From positions 224,001 through 288,000 of the forward strand of contig JAXCHI010000002.1 in assembly GCA_033977065.1 (NCBI GenBank): DNA of 64,000 nucleotides. Reading direction: 5' to 3'. The position numbers and the translations under genes are program-made. Shown piece after piece: positions 28,825 through 41,044 of this stretch. Below the pieces are notes generated by a model, which had not been told where the DNA came from, made no database searches, and was given only the letters and a program-made list of their open reading frames with translations. Each line of letters opens with the position of its first letter. Within the stretch, counting starts at the first letter, position 1. This DNA is from Candidatus Algichlamydia australiensis (GTDB lineage Bacteria > Chlamydiota > Chlamydiia > Chlamydiales > JAJFMI01).

Positions 28825-28827
28825 GAA

Positions 28828-29346
28828 ATGCGTAAAGAAAAACAATTACTGCTCGATGAAATCGTTGAGAACTTAGACAAGGCTTCAAGTATTGTCTTGA
28901 TGCGTTATCAAAATTTAGATGCTGATCTAAACTTCTCTTTTCGTTCCAAACTAAGCAAGAGTGGTGGAAAAATTTACGCTTTTAAAAAGCGTGTATTTCT
29001 AAAGGCAATTGCTGAAAAAACAATGGAGTTCTCCAAGGATGAACTTCCTGGGCATGTTGCTGCTGTTTTAGGTGGTGATGATCCAATTGCTGCAGCAAAA
29101 GTGGTTTGCGATTTTAAAAAAGAGTTTAATCAAGACAGTCTCGAAATTCTTGGTGGATTTTTTGAAGGTGCGCAGATCTCTAAGGGTGATGTGCTAGAAA
29201 TTGCAAAACTTCCTGGAAAGGACGAGATGCGTGCACAGCTACTTGGCCTCTTCGAAGCGCCAATGGCTCTATCTCTTGGTGCAATGGATGCTGTGATGAG
29301 CAGTGTGCCTAGTTGCTTAATGCAAAAGAGTGAGAAAGAAGAATAA
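28828..29346 (+). CDS. rplJ: 50S ribosomal protein L10
   Basis: Position and AKLPGKDEMRAQLLG. Confidence 0.95.
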   Translation: MRKEKQLLLDEIVENLDKASSIVLMRYQNLDADLNFSFRSKLSKSGGKIYAFKKRVFLKAIAEKTMEFSKDELPGHVAAVLGGDDPIAAAKVVCDFKKEFNQDSLEILGGFFEGAQISKGDVLEIAKLPGKDEMRAQLLGLFEAPMALSLGAMDAVMSSVPSCLMQKSEKEE

Positions 29347-29359
29347 ATTTAAAGGAATC

Positions 29360-29464
29360 GCTTGTTGTCTCCAGTAAAGATGCAGCTACTGGATGGCCTC
29401 TCAAAACGAGCAAAACAGCTGTGATGGCTGACAGTTTTTCCTAAGGGAAGAAAAGTCATCACAG
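29360..29464 (+). promoter_or_regulatory. Structured rplJ-rplL intergenic RNA (candidate cis element)
   Basis: GCTTGTT/AACGAGC enclosing TCCAGTA/TACTGGA; CTGTGATGGCT/AGTCATCACAG enclosing a small stem. Confidence 0.5.
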
Positions 29465-29500
29465 GTAAGAGTTAAAAGAGAAAATATTGAGGTAAATAAA

Positions 29501-29899
29501 GTGAGTGAAGAAAAACTAAACCAACTAGTCGAAGAGTTAAGCGCCCTCTCTGTTCTCGACATGTCCAAGCTGAAAAAGATGCTGGAAGAGAAGTGGGACG
29601 TTAAGGCAGCAGCAGGCGGAGGTGTTATGATGGCCGCTCCTGCAGCTGGTGGCGACGGCGGAGATGCTGCAGCTGAAGCAACCGATTTCCAAGTCGTGTT
29701 GACTGAAGTGCCAGCAGACAAAAAAATCGCTGTGATTAAACTTGTGCGTGAAGCAACAGGTCTTGGCTTAAAAGAAGCAAAGGAACTTGTTGAGTCAGCA
29801 CCAAAGCCGGTAAAAGATAGTGCACCAAAAGCAGAAGCAGAAGAACTTAAGAAGAAGTTCGCTGATACAGGTGCTAAAGTGGATCTTAAGCCTGTTTAA
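29501..29899 (+). CDS. rplL: 50S ribosomal protein L7/L12
   Basis: [28 protein letters not shown] start after GAGG. Confidence 0.97.
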   Translation: MSEEKLNQLVEELSALSVLDMSKLKKMLEEKWDVKAAAGGGVMMAAPAAGGDGGDAAAEATDFQVVLTEVPADKKIAVIKLVREATGLGLKEAKELVESAPKPVKDSAPKAEAEELKKKFADTGAKVDLKPV

Positions 29900-29920
29900 A
29901 GTTAATCATTTAAGGTTTTT

Positions 29921-29968
29921 GCAGACAGAGACGTCAAATAGGGTGGCGCCTCTGTCTGCGTATTTTTA
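29921..29968 (+). terminator. Intrinsic terminator/attenuator between rplL and rpoB
   Basis: GCAGACAGAG...CTCTGTCTGC followed by a T-rich tract. Confidence 0.7.
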
Positions 29969-29998
29969 ATTTTTCATCTCCCAATTGGAGGCATGTCA

Positions 29999-32900
29999 AT
30001 GCTAAAGCGCCCACCTGAACGGGTCAGTTTTCTAAAGAAAGAAGAGATTCTTGACCTTCCGAACTTAATCGAAGTACAGATTAAGTCTTACAAAGAATTT
30101 CTGCAAGCGGATAAACTCCCGCATGAAAGAGATAATCTAGGACTTGAGGAAGTCTTCCGAGAAATCTTCCCAATTAAGTCTTATGATGAAAAAACTATTA
30201 TAGAGTATCTCTCTTACTCTCTCGGTGTGCCAAAATATACTCCCGAAGAGTGTATCCGCCGAGGTATCACGTACAATGTTACGTTAAAGGTAAAATTTCG
30301 TCTAACAGATGAGACAGGCATTAAGGAAGAAGAGGTCTACATGGGCACTCTTCCTGTGATGACACACAAGGGAACCTTTATTATCAATGGTGCCGAGCGT
30401 GTAATCGTCTCTCAACTCCACCGCTCCCCAGGGATCTCTTTTGAAGGAGAGAAACACGCGAAGGGTAACATGCTCTACTCTTTCCGTGTGATTCCTTACC
30501 GCGGTAGCTGGCTTGAGGCAGCTTTTGACAGCAACGACATGATCTATGTCTACATAGATCGCAAAAAGCGTCGCCGAAAAGTATTGGCAACATCTTTTGT
30601 TCGTACTCTTGGTTTCTCAACTGATAGTGATATCATTGAAGAGTTCTTTGATACACATAAAGTGAAAATTCGCTCAGAGAAGGATTTTACAAAGCTTGTT
30701 GGAAAAATTCTCGCTGAAGATGTCGTTGATGAGCAGAGTGGTGTCGTTTATGGCAAAGCTTCTGAAAAAATTACGACTGCCATGCTCAAGCGCATGCACG
30801 ATGCCGGCATTGGGGCGATCCGTATTGCTGAAGATGCGGATGAGACAAGCCCAGTTATTAAGATGCTTGCGAAGGATCCAACGGATTCTTATGAGTCAGC
30901 TTTAAAGGATTTCTATCGCAAAGTTCGTCCGGGTGAACCCGCAACTCTTGCAAATGCGCGCTCCGCTATTATGCGTCTTTTCTTCGATCCTAAACGTTAC
31001 AATTTGGGACGTGTTGGTCGCTACAAGCTCAACCGTAAATTGGGCGTGGAGACAAATGCAGAGGATTTAGAAAAAGTAACCCTTCGTCGTGAAGATATTG
31101 TTCGCGCGTTCAAATATCTAATTGATTTACGCCAAGGACATGAAGATGCTCAAGTTGATGACATTGATCACTTGGCTAACCGTCGTGTGCGTTCTGTAGG
31201 CGAGCTTGTTCAGAATCAGTGCAGAATTGGTCTGTCACGCATGGAGAAAATTATCAAAGAGCGCATGAATCTCTTTGATTTCTCATCTGATACTCTCACA
31301 CCTGGAAAGTTGATCTCAGCAAAAGGTCTGGCTGGTGTTCTAAAGGATTTCTTTGGTCGCTCGCAGCTTTCACAGTTTATGGATCAGACAAACCCGATCT
31401 CTGAACTTACACACAAAAGACGTCTCTCTTCTCTTGGACCTGGTGGTCTAAATAGAGAGCGTGCAGGTTTTGAAGTTCGCGACGTTCACTCAAGTCACTA
31501 TGGTCGTGTCTGTCCAATTGAGACTCCTGAAGGACCAAACATCGGTTTGATTACTTCACTCTCATCTTTTGCAAAAATTAATGAGTTTGGTTTCATTGAA
31601 ACCCCTTACAGAATTGTGAAAGATGGTGTTGTAACAGAAGAGATTGAGTACATGACAGCTGACCAAGAAGAGAAGTGTGTCATTGCGCAGGCCTCTTCTG
31701 TGCTGGATGAATTCAAAATGTTTGAAGAGAAATTCGTTTGGGCACGCCACCGTGGAGATTCGGATAAAATTGAGTCTGCAAAAGTGACCCATATGGATGT
31801 CTCTCCGAAGCAGCTAGTCTCGATTGTTACTGGACTGATTCCCTTTTTGGAGCATGATGATGCGAACCGCGCTTTGATGGGTTCAAACATGCAACGCCAA
31901 GCCGTACCACTTCTCAAACCAGAAGCGCCATATGTAGGAACAGGTCTTGAAAATCGCTGTGCACGCGACTCTGGTGCTGTGATTATCGCAGAAGAAGATG
32001 GAACAGTTGACTATGTTGACGGTTTTAAAATTGTGGTTTCACCAAAGGCGAATCCAACAGCAAAAAAGACCTATACACTGCAAAAATTCATGCGTTCCAA
32101 CAATGGTACGTGCTTGAACCAAACTCCTCTCTGTCGAGTAGGAGATACTTTTTTAGCAGGTGACATCCTTGCTGATGGTTCTGCGATTGAAAATGGTGAG
32201 GTAGCTCTTGGAAAGAACGTTCTTGTTGCGTTTATGCCGTGGTGTGGATACAACTTTGAGGATGCGATCATTCTCTCTGAGAAGCTGATCCGCAATGATG
32301 AGTATACCTCCATCCACGTTGAAGAGTTTGAATTGAATGCACGAGAGACTAAGCTCGGTCGTGAGGAGATCACTCGAGATATACCAAATGTTTCTGAAGA
32401 GGCTTTAATTGATCTTGGTGAGGATGGTGTCATTCGCACAGGAGCTGAGGTAAAGCCAGGGGATATTCTCGTCGGTAAAATCACGCCAAAAATTGAGACA
32501 GAGTTCTCACCTGAAGAGAGACTTTTGCAAGCGATCTTTGGAGAGAAAGCAGCAAATGTTAAAGATGCTTCTTTAATCGCTCCTCCGGGTACAGAAGGTG
32601 TTGTGATGACAACGCGTTTCTTAAACCGAAAGGATCGTCTCTCAAAAACGGATGATGAGATTGTTGAAGAGCCTGTTCGTGCGAAAAAGATTCATAAAGA
32701 GTTCCAAGAGAAAGAAGAGGAGCTTGAAATGGAGTTCCACGAAAAGCTTGGCGCGCTCTTTATGAATGAGTCTGCACCTCTGCCAATCATGCACCGCAAG
32801 ACGGGTAAAGTGATTTTGGATGAGGGAGCAGCATTCACACAAGAAGTGATTGAGAAACTGGAGTCGGAAGACTTAGAAGATCTCATCATTCCTGAACATG

Positions 32901-33787
32901 AAATTTACGACTCCTATAAGTCCTTTGTTCGTGCGCACAAGCGTGCTCGTCAACAACTTGAGATGGACCACAAGACGGAAATTGAGTACTTGCGAAAAGG
33001 GGATACTGAGCTTGAAGCGGGCGTCATTCGCCAAGTAAAAGTTTATGTCGCTAAGCAATCTAAACTCCAAGTAGGGGATAAGATGGCGGGACGTCACGGA
33101 AACAAAGGTGTTGTTTCTATGATTGTTCCTGAGGCAGATATGCCTTATCTCCCGAATGGTGAGACGGTCGAGATGATTCTTAATCCTCTCGGGGTGCCTT
33201 CTCGTATGAACATTGGACAGCTTCTAGAGACGCACCTCGGATATGCCGCAAAAAAGAAAGGAATTTATGTAAAATCTCCTGTCTTTGAAGGATTCCCTGA
33301 GATCGAAATCTGGAATATGATGCGCGATGCAGGTCTTCCTGAAGATGGTAAGATGATGCTCTACGACGGCCGCACAGGTGAGCGCTTTGACGCATCTGTT
33401 GTTGTTGGAATGATCTATATGATCAAGCTGGGCCACCTTGTCAGCGACAAGATCCATGCTCGTGCTACAGGTCCTTATTCACTTGTTACGCAGCAGCCAC
33501 TTGGTGGTAAAGCGCAGATGGGTGGACAGCGTTTCGGTGAGATGGAGGTGTGGGCACTTGAAGCTTATGGTGCAGCACACATCTTGCAAGAGCTATTAAC
33601 CGTCAAATCTGACGATGTACCGGGAAGAACCTTGATTTACGAATCCATTGTTAAGGGTCACAATACCTTAAAAGCTGGAACCCCCGAATCCTTTAACGTA
33701 CTCCTCAAAGAGATGCAAGGCCTCTGCCTAGATGTGCGTCCCGAAAAAGTTGAGGAAGAAACCTTCATGGAGACAAGCCGTTCATGA
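29999..33787 (+). CDS. rpoB: RNA polymerase beta subunit
   Basis: [43 protein letters not shown] 29999 is better spaced from GGAGG than 29993. Confidence 0.99.
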   Translation: MLKRPPERVSFLKKEEILDLPNLIEVQIKSYKEFLQADKLPHERDNLGLEEVFREIFPIKSYDEKTIIEYLSYSLGVPKYTPEECIRRGITYNVTLKVKFRLTDETGIKEEEVYMGTLPVMTHKGTFIINGAERVIVSQLHRSPGISFEGEKHAKGNMLYSFRVIPYRGSWLEAAFDSNDMIYVYIDRKKRRRKVLATSFVRTLGFSTDSDIIEEFFDTHKVKIRSEKDFTKLVGKILAEDVVDEQSGVVYGKASEKITTAMLKRMHDAGIGAIRIAEDADETSPVIKMLAKDPTDSYESALKDFYRKVRPGEPATLANARSAIMRLFFDPKRYNLGRVGRYKLNRKLGVETNAEDLEKVTLRREDIVRAFKYLIDLRQGHEDAQVDDIDHLANRRVRSVGELVQNQCRIGLSRMEKIIKERMNLFDFSSDTLTPGKLISAKGLAGVLKDFFGRSQLSQFMDQTNPISELTHKRRLSSLGPGGLNRERAGFEVRDVHSSHYGRVCPIETPEGPNIGLITSLSSFAKINEFGFIETPYRIVKDGVVTEEIEYMTADQEEKCVIAQASSVLDEFKMFEEKFVWARHRGDSDKIESAKVTHMDVSPKQLVSIVTGLIPFLEHDDANRALMGSNMQRQAVPLLKPEAPYVGTGLENRCARDSGAVIIAEEDGTVDYVDGFKIVVSPKANPTAKKTYTLQKFMRSNNGTCLNQTPLCRVGDTFLAGDILADGSAIENGEVALGKNVLVAFMPWCGYNFEDAIILSEKLIRNDEYTSIHVEEFELNARETKLGREEITRDIPNVSEEALIDLGEDGVIRTGAEVKPGDILVGKITPKIETEFSPEERLLQAIFGEKAANVKDASLIAPPGTEGVVMTTRFLNRKDRLSKTDDEIVEEPVRAKKIHKEFQEKEEELEMEFHEKLGALFMNESAPLPIMHRKTGKVILDEGAAFTQEVIEKLESEDLEDLIIPEHEIYDSYKSFVRAHKRARQQLEMDHKTEIEYLRKGDTELEAGVIRQVKVYVAKQSKLQVGDKMAGRHGNKGVVSMIVPEADMPYLPNGETVEMILNPLGVPSRMNIGQLLETHLGYAAKKKGIYVKSPVFEGFPEIEIWNMMRDAGLPEDGKMMLYDGRTGERFDASVVVGMIYMIKLGHLVSDKIHARATGPYSLVTQQPLGGKAQMGGQRFGEMEVWALEAYGAAHILQELLTVKSDDVPGRTLIYESIVKGHNTLKAGTPESFNVLLKEMQGLCLDVRPEKVEEETFMETSRS

Positions 33788-36700
33788 CACAAGATAGTCA
33801 AAATGAAAACCACTTTGATCGCCTCTCAATCAAAATCGCCTCACGCGAGGTGATTGTAGATGAGTGGTCACGTGGTGAGATCAAAAAGCCTGAGACGATC
33901 AACTACCGCACATTCAAACCAGAGAAGGGAGGCCTCTTCTGTGAGAAGATTTTTGGCCCGACCCGTGACTGGGAGTGTGCCTGTGGAAAGTACAAAAAGA
34001 TCAAGCACAAAGGGATTGTCTGTGATCGATGCGGTGTTGAAGTTACGCTATCAAAGGTGCGTCGTGAGCGCATGGCACACATCGATTTAGCTGTTCCAGT
34101 TGTTCATATCTGGTTTTTCAAAACACAGCCTTCTCGTATTGGAAATATTTTAGGAATGTCCAGCTCAGATCTCGAGCGCATTATCTATTATGAAGAGTAT
34201 GTGGTTACAGATCCAGGTCGCACAACGCTTGAGCGCAAACAGCTCTTAAACGATGCTGAATACCGCGAAGCCCAAGAGAAATGGGGACGCGACTCTTTCT
34301 CCGTTATGATGGGGGGAGAAGCCGTTGCTGAACTCTTGAGAAAAGAAGAACTTGGTGAGCTCGTTGTAGAGCTCAAAGAGAAGCTCCGCCGCACAAAGTC
34401 GATGCAAGCTCGCATGAAGCTTGCAAAGCGTTTGAAGATTGTAGAAACTTTCTCACAATCTCCAAACAATCCCGACTGGATGGTGATGTCGGCTCTGCCG
34501 GTAACACCTCCCGACTTGCGCCCGCTTGTCCCTCTTGATGGTGGCCGTTTTGCTACATCTGATCTCAACGATCTTTATCGCCGTGTGATCAACCGAAACA
34601 ATCGTCTAAAAGCGATTTTAAAGTTGAAAACACCTGATGTCATCATTCGCAATGAGAAGCGCATGCTACAAGAGGCTGTTGACGCTCTCTTTGATAATGG
34701 TCGCCATGGCCATCCTGTGATGGGTGCCGGTAATAGACCTTTGAAATCGCTGTCTGAAATGTTGAAGGGAAAAGGTGGACGTTTCCGTCAAAACCTTCTT
34801 GGAAAGCGTGTTGACTACTCGGGTCGTTCCGTTATTATTGTCGGTCCTGAGCTCAAACTCAACCAGTGCGGTATCCCAAAACGCATGGCCCTAGAGCTCT
34901 TTGAGCCGTTCATTGTGAAGCGCCTCAAAGACCAAGGTTTTGTTTATACCATTCGCTCCGCGAAAAAGATGATCCAGCGTGAAGCACCTGAAGTTTGGGA
35001 TGTACTAGAAGATGTCATTAAAGGACACCCGGTACTCTTAAACCGTGCACCGACTCTTCACAGACTCGGAATTCAGGCCTTCGAGCCAGTCATTATTGAG
35101 GGGAAAGCGATTCGCGTGCACCCTCTTGTTTGTACGGGTTTTAACGCCGACTTTGATGGTGATACGATGTCTGTGCACGTGCCCCTTTCAGTAGAGGCGC
35201 AGTTAGAGGCAAAAATGTTGATGATGGCACCGGATAATATCTTCTTGCCATCTTCAGGAAAGCCTGTTGCCATTCCAACCAAGGATATGATTCTTGGTCT
35301 CTACTATTTGATGCACGATCCGATCTACATTCCAGAAGATCACAATGAGACGACAAAAGTATTTTCTTCTATGGAAGATGTTCTCTTTGTTCTCGATGCG
35401 GGCTTAAGCTACAACCGCTCTCGCGCTGAAGCAAAAGAGATGCGTCAGGACGATACGGGAAATGGTCTTCATATCCACGAGCAGATCAAAGTTCGTGTCG
35501 ATGGTAGTATTATTGTTACAACTCCCGGTCGTGTTATCTTTAACTCTATCGTTCCAAAAGAGCTTGGCTTCCAAAACTACGCTCTTCGTAAGAATGAGAT
35601 GAGTAACCTAATCTTAAACACCTACAAAAAAGTTGGTCTTGAGAGAACGGTTCAATTCTTAGATGACATCAAGAGACTAGGGTTTACTTCTGCAACAAAG
35701 GCAGCAACCTCAATGGGGGTTCAAGACGTTTACAAACCAGAAGTAAAAGAGAAAGCTCTTGCTGATGCGTATAAGCAGGTGGAAAAAGTCCGCAAGCAGT
35801 ACGAAGAAGGGGTGATTACTGACGGGGAACGTCACTCAAAAATTATTAGTATCTGGACGGAAGTAGCCGACGATGTCTCTGATACCCTCTACGATCTGAT
35901 CTCTCAGGTTCGAGGTACAGAGATTAACTCGCTCTTTATGATGCTTGACTCTGGTGCTCGTGGTAACAAGACTCAGGTAAAGCAGCTCGGTGCGATGCGT
36001 GGCTTGATGGCGAAACCGTCGGGTGAGATTTTGGAATCTCCAATTACAGCCTCATTCCGTGAAGGTTTGAGCGTCTTGGAGTACTTTATCTCCTCTCACG
36101 GTGCGCGTAAAGGTCTCTCTGATACAGCCTTGAAAACTGCTGACTCAGGTTACTTAACTCGTCGTCTTGTTGACGTCGCAATTGATGTCCTGATTACCGA
36201 AGATGACTGCGGTACTCTGGGTGGAATTGAAGTATCTGCTATTTCTCAAGGACAGGAGGAATTGCTACCTCTTAAGGATCGTCTTCTTGGACGCACAATC
36301 TGTGAGGATATCTACCAACCTGGTGATCGCACCCAGTTGCTTGGAAAAGCAGGAGAGATTCTAACTGCTGAAAAAGCGGCAAAAATCGATGACGCAGGGA
36401 TTGAATCTGTGAAGGTTCGTTCACCTCTTACATGTGAGAGCAAGCGCGGTATTTGTGCGAAGTGTTACGGAATTAACCTTGCAAATGGCCGTACTGCTGC
36501 CAACGGGGAAGCTGTTGGAATTATTGCTGCACAGTCCATTGGAGAACCAGGTACACAGCTTACGATGAGAACGTTCCACTTAGGTGGTATTGCTTCAGCT
36601 TCTGCTACACCAGAAATTGAAGCGGAGAATGATGCGATTCTTGTCTATTCCGACTTGCGTACTGTACAGAACGAAGATGGCATTTGGCTCGCCTTGAACA

Positions 36701-37941
36701 AAAACGGAAGCCTGCATCTTGTCAAAGATGAGGGGCGTTCACTTGAAGAGTATAAAAAACTTCTTAGCACCAAATCCATCGAGGCTCTGCAATCCTTCCC
36801 AATTCAGTTGGGAACGCAGATTCTCCTTGCTGACGGCGCCAAAGTGAAGAAGGGTGAACGCGTTGCCGTTTGGGAGCAGCACAACGTGCCGATTATCTGT
36901 GAGAAGCCTGGATTTGTAAAGTATGAGGATCTTGTTGAAGGGATCTCTACACAACGCGATGTCAATAAGCAGACGGGCCAAAGTGAAATCGTTGTTAAAC
37001 AGCATCGTGGAGAGTTACACCCGCAGATCATGATCTACGAAGATAGCGAGTGCAAAGAGCTGATCGGAACGTATGCGATTCCATCAGGCGCTTTCCTCTC
37101 TGTTGTCGAAGGACAGCACGTTACAGCAGGAAGTATCCTAGCGCGTATGCCGCGCGGGGCGATTCGCACCAAGGATATCACCGGGGGTCTACCTCGTGTG
37201 GCAGAGCTTGTTGAAGCGCGTCGTCCACGTGATGCTGCTGAAATTGCTAAGATCGATGGAATTGTCGACATCAAAGGTGTGCAGAAAAATAAACGCATTG
37301 TTACAGTTCGCGATCCTGAGTCAGGAATGGAAGAGGAGCACCTCATCCCACTTTCTAAACACTTGATCATTCAGAAAGGTGACTCTGTCATCAAAGGACA
37401 GGAGCTGACGGATGGTCTTGTTGATCCACATGAAATTCTAGATATTTGCGGTGTACGTGAGTTGCAGAAATATCTTGTGAATCAGATTCAGGAAGTCTAT
37501 CGCCTTCAAGGTGTGGATATCAACGATAAACACATCGAGATGATCATCCGACAAATGCTACAGAAAGTGCGTGTAACTGATCCTGGTGACACAACCTTCC
37601 TCTATGGTGAAGATGTAGATAAGAAGCAGTTCCACATTCAAAACCAGAAAGTCTTGGATGAGGGGGGCAAACCTGCACAAGCTGCACCTGTTCTTCTGGG
37701 GATTACAAAAGCCTCTCTTGGAACAGAGAGCTTTGTCTCAGCTGCTTCCTTCATGGAGACCACACGTGTTCTTACCGATGGTGCTGCCGAAGGAAAAGTG
37801 GACAACCTCTTCGATCCAAAGGCATCGATCATCACAGGGCATATGGTCCCATGTGGTACAGGATACTTCGGTTATCGCAATCGCTCAAGAGCGATTCTCG
37901 ATTCTGAGGATGAAGAAGAGCTTGAGTTTGCGTTTAACTAG
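33784..37941 (+). CDS. rpoC: RNA polymerase beta' subunit
   Basis: Zn ribbon, [20 protein letters not shown] overlap with rpoB. Confidence 0.99.
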   Translation: MTQDSQNENHFDRLSIKIASREVIVDEWSRGEIKKPETINYRTFKPEKGGLFCEKIFGPTRDWECACGKYKKIKHKGIVCDRCGVEVTLSKVRRERMAHIDLAVPVVHIWFFKTQPSRIGNILGMSSSDLERIIYYEEYVVTDPGRTTLERKQLLNDAEYREAQEKWGRDSFSVMMGGEAVAELLRKEELGELVVELKEKLRRTKSMQARMKLAKRLKIVETFSQSPNNPDWMVMSALPVTPPDLRPLVPLDGGRFATSDLNDLYRRVINRNNRLKAILKLKTPDVIIRNEKRMLQEAVDALFDNGRHGHPVMGAGNRPLKSLSEMLKGKGGRFRQNLLGKRVDYSGRSVIIVGPELKLNQCGIPKRMALELFEPFIVKRLKDQGFVYTIRSAKKMIQREAPEVWDVLEDVIKGHPVLLNRAPTLHRLGIQAFEPVIIEGKAIRVHPLVCTGFNADFDGDTMSVHVPLSVEAQLEAKMLMMAPDNIFLPSSGKPVAIPTKDMILGLYYLMHDPIYIPEDHNETTKVFSSMEDVLFVLDAGLSYNRSRAEAKEMRQDDTGNGLHIHEQIKVRVDGSIIVTTPGRVIFNSIVPKELGFQNYALRKNEMSNLILNTYKKVGLERTVQFLDDIKRLGFTSATKAATSMGVQDVYKPEVKEKALADAYKQVEKVRKQYEEGVITDGERHSKIISIWTEVADDVSDTLYDLISQVRGTEINSLFMMLDSGARGNKTQVKQLGAMRGLMAKPSGEILESPITASFREGLSVLEYFISSHGARKGLSDTALKTADSGYLTRRLVDVAIDVLITEDDCGTLGGIEVSAISQGQEELLPLKDRLLGRTICEDIYQPGDRTQLLGKAGEILTAEKAAKIDDAGIESVKVRSPLTCESKRGICAKCYGINLANGRTAANGEAVGIIAAQSIGEPGTQLTMRTFHLGGIASASATPEIEAENDAILVYSDLRTVQNEDGIWLALNKNGSLHLVKDEGRSLEEYKKLLSTKSIEALQSFPIQLGTQILLADGAKVKKGERVAVWEQHNVPIICEKPGFVKYEDLVEGISTQRDVNKQTGQSEIVVKQHRGELHPQIMIYEDSECKELIGTYAIPSGAFLSVVEGQHVTAGSILARMPRGAIRTKDITGGLPRVAELVEARRPRDAAEIAKIDGIVDIKGVQKNKRIVTVRDPESGMEEEHLIPLSKHLIIQKGDSVIKGQELTDGLVDPHEILDICGVRELQKYLVNQIQEVYRLQGVDINDKHIEMIIRQMLQKVRVTDPGDTTFLYGEDVDKKQFHIQNQKVLDEGGKPAQAAPVLLGITKASLGTESFVSAASFMETTRVLTDGAAEGKVDNLFDPKASIITGHMVPCGTGYFGYRNRSRAILDSEDEEELEFAFN

Positions 37942-37985
37942 TACTATGTAACAAAAATAATGCTAAAATTTTCTGTTACAGAGCA
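37942..37985. mobile_element. 44-bp ends-only mini element of family C
   Basis: CTAG|TACTATGTAACAAAAAT...ATTTTCTGTTACAGAGCA|CTAG. The first CTAG contains the rpoC stop codon. Confidence 0.7.
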
Positions 37986-37989
37986 CTAG

Positions 37990-38467
37990 TACTCTGTAAC
38001 AGAAAATCTTAGTGTTTAATTTAAAAAAACAGCCAATAGAGACAGTCGGGCAAATCCCCGCTGCCCTTTGAGCTTCACCTTGGCATGCCAAATTGCGTTT
38101 CGTCGGAAAACCGTGCAAAGCACTACTTCTTCCTCCTGCACCGCAATTTTTCAAAGCCAATCTGAAGCCATCGAGCGCATCGCGCGTTCATTCCCCACCC
38201 TCCACTTTGTTTCGGGAGGGGCCCCTTTCACGTCGCTTGCGCGGCTGTTTTTTTTGTTTTGCAGAAAACTTTGCAAGGTCTAGACAGCTTTTTCAATCAC
38301 ATACAATCGCTTTACTTTTCACGTTTGGGATCCATTTTTACGTCAAAGCCTCGGGATTGAACTATCGAAAATCACCTCGTATTTGATTAATACTAGGTGA
38401 CTTGCGATAGCCCAATCGCGAGAGCTTTCACGTTAAAAAGAATAGCAAAATTTTCTGTTACAGAGTA
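37990..38467. mobile_element. 478-bp MITE, family C (long variant), IS701-like ends with CTAG duplication
   Basis: CTAG|TACTCTGTAACAGAAAAT ... ATTTTCTGTTACAGAGTA|CTAG; perfect 18-bp TIR; no transposase ORF. Confidence 0.88.
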
Positions 38468-38492
38468 CTAGTGCAAGAAGTCTATTCTTTTT

Positions 38493-38532
38493 AAAAAGTA
38501 AAGGCCCTACATCTGTAGGGTCTTTACTTTTT
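38493..38532. terminator. Intrinsic terminator of the rpo operon
   Basis: AAAAAGTAAAGGCCCTAC-ATCT-GTAGGGTCTTTACTTTTT. Confidence 0.75.
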
Positions 38533-38578
38533 ATTTACCTTTGATTAAGATCCTCTGCTAGAAAAGAGGAAGTCTTAT

Positions 38579-39652
38579 ATGGCGTTAGATTCTGTAAGTC
38601 GTAATACACTTGATGAGAGCTTAGTTCCTGTACATCTCAAAAAGCTAGAGGAACATAGAAAAGCTACTTGTTTAGACTTTGTGAAAGTAGCAAACACACA
38701 TGCGTTTGTAAACCCAGATGATAATTCAAAAAAGGTCGTTCAAGAAATTCTAACGACTGTAAGTAATGGCTTTAAAAATTGGATGGATGGACTTGAAGAT
38801 TCTCAAGATATTTATCATCACGCTATTCCAAATATTCTTATATTAAGCGAACTTTTCACAAATATATTTTATGGCGCTCAAGGAAGTAATCAGGTTAAAT
38901 ATTTTCATGAACTTGCTGAGAAAAATTCTCAGTTACTTAAAAAAATACAAGGGCTTGCAGAAAGAGTTCAAAGTCAGTTTCCAGAAAACTACTTTCCAAA
39001 AGAGTATGGAGAGTACTTTCTCTATAGAAAAGATGAAGAATCAGCAATTAGAAAAATTTGGAAAGATCAACAAATAGGAACAGCTTTTGATCATTTCGGA
39101 AGATTTGTTTTAGAGTTAGAAGATGGTGCTCTTGATGCTGCCTTTGCTGAGGTAGCTTTGAAGATCAAATTAGTTGCTTATACAATCTACACTCTCTACT
39201 TAAAGCTAGTTGAAATTTGGACGAAAAATCACTGGAACTTACAAGCAGAAAAAAGCCAAAATAAGAATATCAAGAAGTACGCCAAGTGGTACAACATTAC
39301 AACGGGAGAAGAGTTTTTTAAATGGGTACAAGAGGTAGCAGACTCTAATAAGGAAGTTAATTTAAAGAATCACACCCATCTCTACACGATTCTCTATCCC
39401 TCAAATGATCATTTTGATCCAAAGGCCTTTGGAGAAGAAGAGAGTGTTGATTTGGAAACACTCTTCTTAAGACGGAAAAAAATCATTCAAAACTCTCAGC
39501 TGAAGCCGCTGAATGAAGCGATGCAGGAGCTAAGAAAATTCTATTTAGACCGAGAAGCATGGAGCTTATCAAGCAAACCAGATTTTGCTGGCTTGCAAGA
39601 AGTCGTAAAAAGAGTTCACAAAGCTATGTTAGCTTTTGACTTAGAATGCTAA
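38579..39652 (+). CDS. Hypothetical helical protein (orphan, candidate effector)
   Basis: 357-aa ORF with SD GAGGA; no motif recognised. Confidence 0.7.
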   Translation: MALDSVSRNTLDESLVPVHLKKLEEHRKATCLDFVKVANTHAFVNPDDNSKKVVQEILTTVSNGFKNWMDGLEDSQDIYHHAIPNILILSELFTNIFYGAQGSNQVKYFHELAEKNSQLLKKIQGLAERVQSQFPENYFPKEYGEYFLYRKDEESAIRKIWKDQQIGTAFDHFGRFVLELEDGALDAAFAEVALKIKLVAYTIYTLYLKLVEIWTKNHWNLQAEKSQNKNIKKYAKWYNITTGEEFFKWVQEVADSNKEVNLKNHTHLYTILYPSNDHFDPKAFGEEESVDLETLFLRRKKIIQNSQLKPLNEAMQELRKFYLDREAWSLSSKPDFAGLQEVVKRVHKAMLAFDLEC

Positions 39653-40591
39653 CGCCTTCTCTAACTTGACCGTATCAGCGGCAAACTTTCGGATGCCCTC
39701 TGCAAGTTTTTCTGTTGCCATCGCATCTTCGTTAAGGTGCCAGCGGAAGGCTTTCTCATCGATTGCGAGCTTTTCAATTGAAGAGGACTTTGCCGCTTCC
39801 GCGCTTAACTTTTGCGGCACATCTCCCTCCATATTTTGGAGCTCACCTAAAAGTTTTGGGGAGATTGTAATCAGATCACAGCCTGCAAGCTCTAAAATCT
39901 CATCTGTATTGCGAAACGAGGCGCCCATAATCTGCGTATTATGGCCAAATTTTTTGTAGTAGTTAAAGATCTGTTTTACTGAGATGACACCAGGGTCTTC
40001 AGGTCCAGGGTAGCTCTCTTTTCCTTCAGCCTTTTTATACCAGTCGAGAATGCGGCCAACAAAAGGAGAGATGAGAGTCGCATTGACTTCAGCACACGCG
40101 ACAGCCTGAGCTAGAGAGAACATGAGAGTCATGTTGCAGTGGATGCCCTCTTGCTCTAGCTGCTTGGCCGCTTGCACACCTTCCCAGGTAGAGGCGAGCT
40201 TAATCAAAACGCGCTTGCGATCAATACCAGCCTCTTCATACAAAGAGATATATTGATGCGCTTTGCGCAAAGAGCCTTCCACATCAAAGGAGAGTCTCGC
40301 ATCAACCTCTGTGGAGACGCGGCCTGGAACGTGTTTTAAAATCTCAGCACCAAAGTTTACGAATACTTTGGTGATCGTATTTTCCATCTGCTCTTCGCTT
40401 GATCCGCCCATCTTTTTTCCATAAGCGAGCGCCTCGTCAATGAGCGTGCGATATTCAGGTTTTTCAGAGGCAGCAAGGATCAGAGAGGGGTTAGTTGTGG
40501 CGTCAGTGGGATGATATTTTTTAATTTCATCAATCTCTCCCGTATCGGCAACAAGTATAGAATGTTTTTTTAGTTCATCAAATTTGCTCAT
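39641..40591 (-). CDS. tal: Transaldolase
   Basis: [43 protein letters not shown]; start ATG 40591. Confidence 0.96.
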   Translation of the reverse strand: MSKFDELKKHSILVADTGEIDEIKKYHPTDATTNPSLILAASEKPEYRTLIDEALAYGKKMGGSSEEQMENTITKVFVNFGAEILKHVPGRVSTEVDARLSFDVEGSLRKAHQYISLYEEAGIDRKRVLIKLASTWEGVQAAKQLEQEGIHCNMTLMFSLAQAVACAEVNATLISPFVGRILDWYKKAEGKESYPGPEDPGVISVKQIFNYYKKFGHNTQIMGASFRNTDEILELAGCDLITISPKLLGELQNMEGDVPQKLSAEAAKSSSIEKLAIDEKAFRWHLNEDAMATEKLAEGIRKFAADTVKLEKALAF

Positions 40592-40780
40592 AACAACCTT
40601 TTTCTTTTCATAATAAAAGTTCTGGGGACTTAAGTCGAGGATTACCTCGGGGAAAGATAGATTTTTTTTGAAAAAAAAGAGAAGTCTTTTAGTGGCTTCA
40701 AGAGAAAAAAAGCGAGCCATCGCCCGCTCACTCTCAAACGTCCTCTCCTTTAGGAAAGCGCTGAATAATTGCTTTTTTAG

Positions 40781-41044
40781 TTAAACCGACTTGCCATTGT
40801 TAGATGAGGCGACAGCAATACCTGCGGTAATTGTTGCCATGGTAAATAAAACCATACCAGCTGTTTTCCATGCGCGACTATTACTCTTTTGCTCTTGCCT
40901 TGGGGGCTCATACTCTACAGGTTCTGCAGGTAAAATCGCACTTTCCTCATCTGGAGGAGGAGCGAGTTCAATGGCCTCATCTGCATGAAGAGAAAAGTTC
41001 CCTATAGCAAAACTCAGAAAAGCGCTAATGATTCTTTTTTTCAT
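40781..41044 (-). CDS. Small protein with signal peptide, acidic/Pro-rich linker and C-terminal TM
   Basis: MKKRIISAFLSFAIGNFSLHA|DEAIELAPPP...AGMVLFTMATITAGIAVA. Confidence 0.65.
   Translation of the reverse strand: MKKRIISAFLSFAIGNFSLHADEAIELAPPPDEESAILPAEPVEYEPPRQEQKSNSRAWKTAGMVLFTMATITAGIAVASSNNGKSV

Noticed and set aside
31345..31450. Rifampicin resistance in rpoB cluster I
   Set aside because: Residues equivalent to D516, H526 and S531 are wild type (MDQTN, THKRRLS).
33784..33787. rpoB-rpoC fusion
   Set aside because: Two separate ORFs with an ordinary ATGA overlap.
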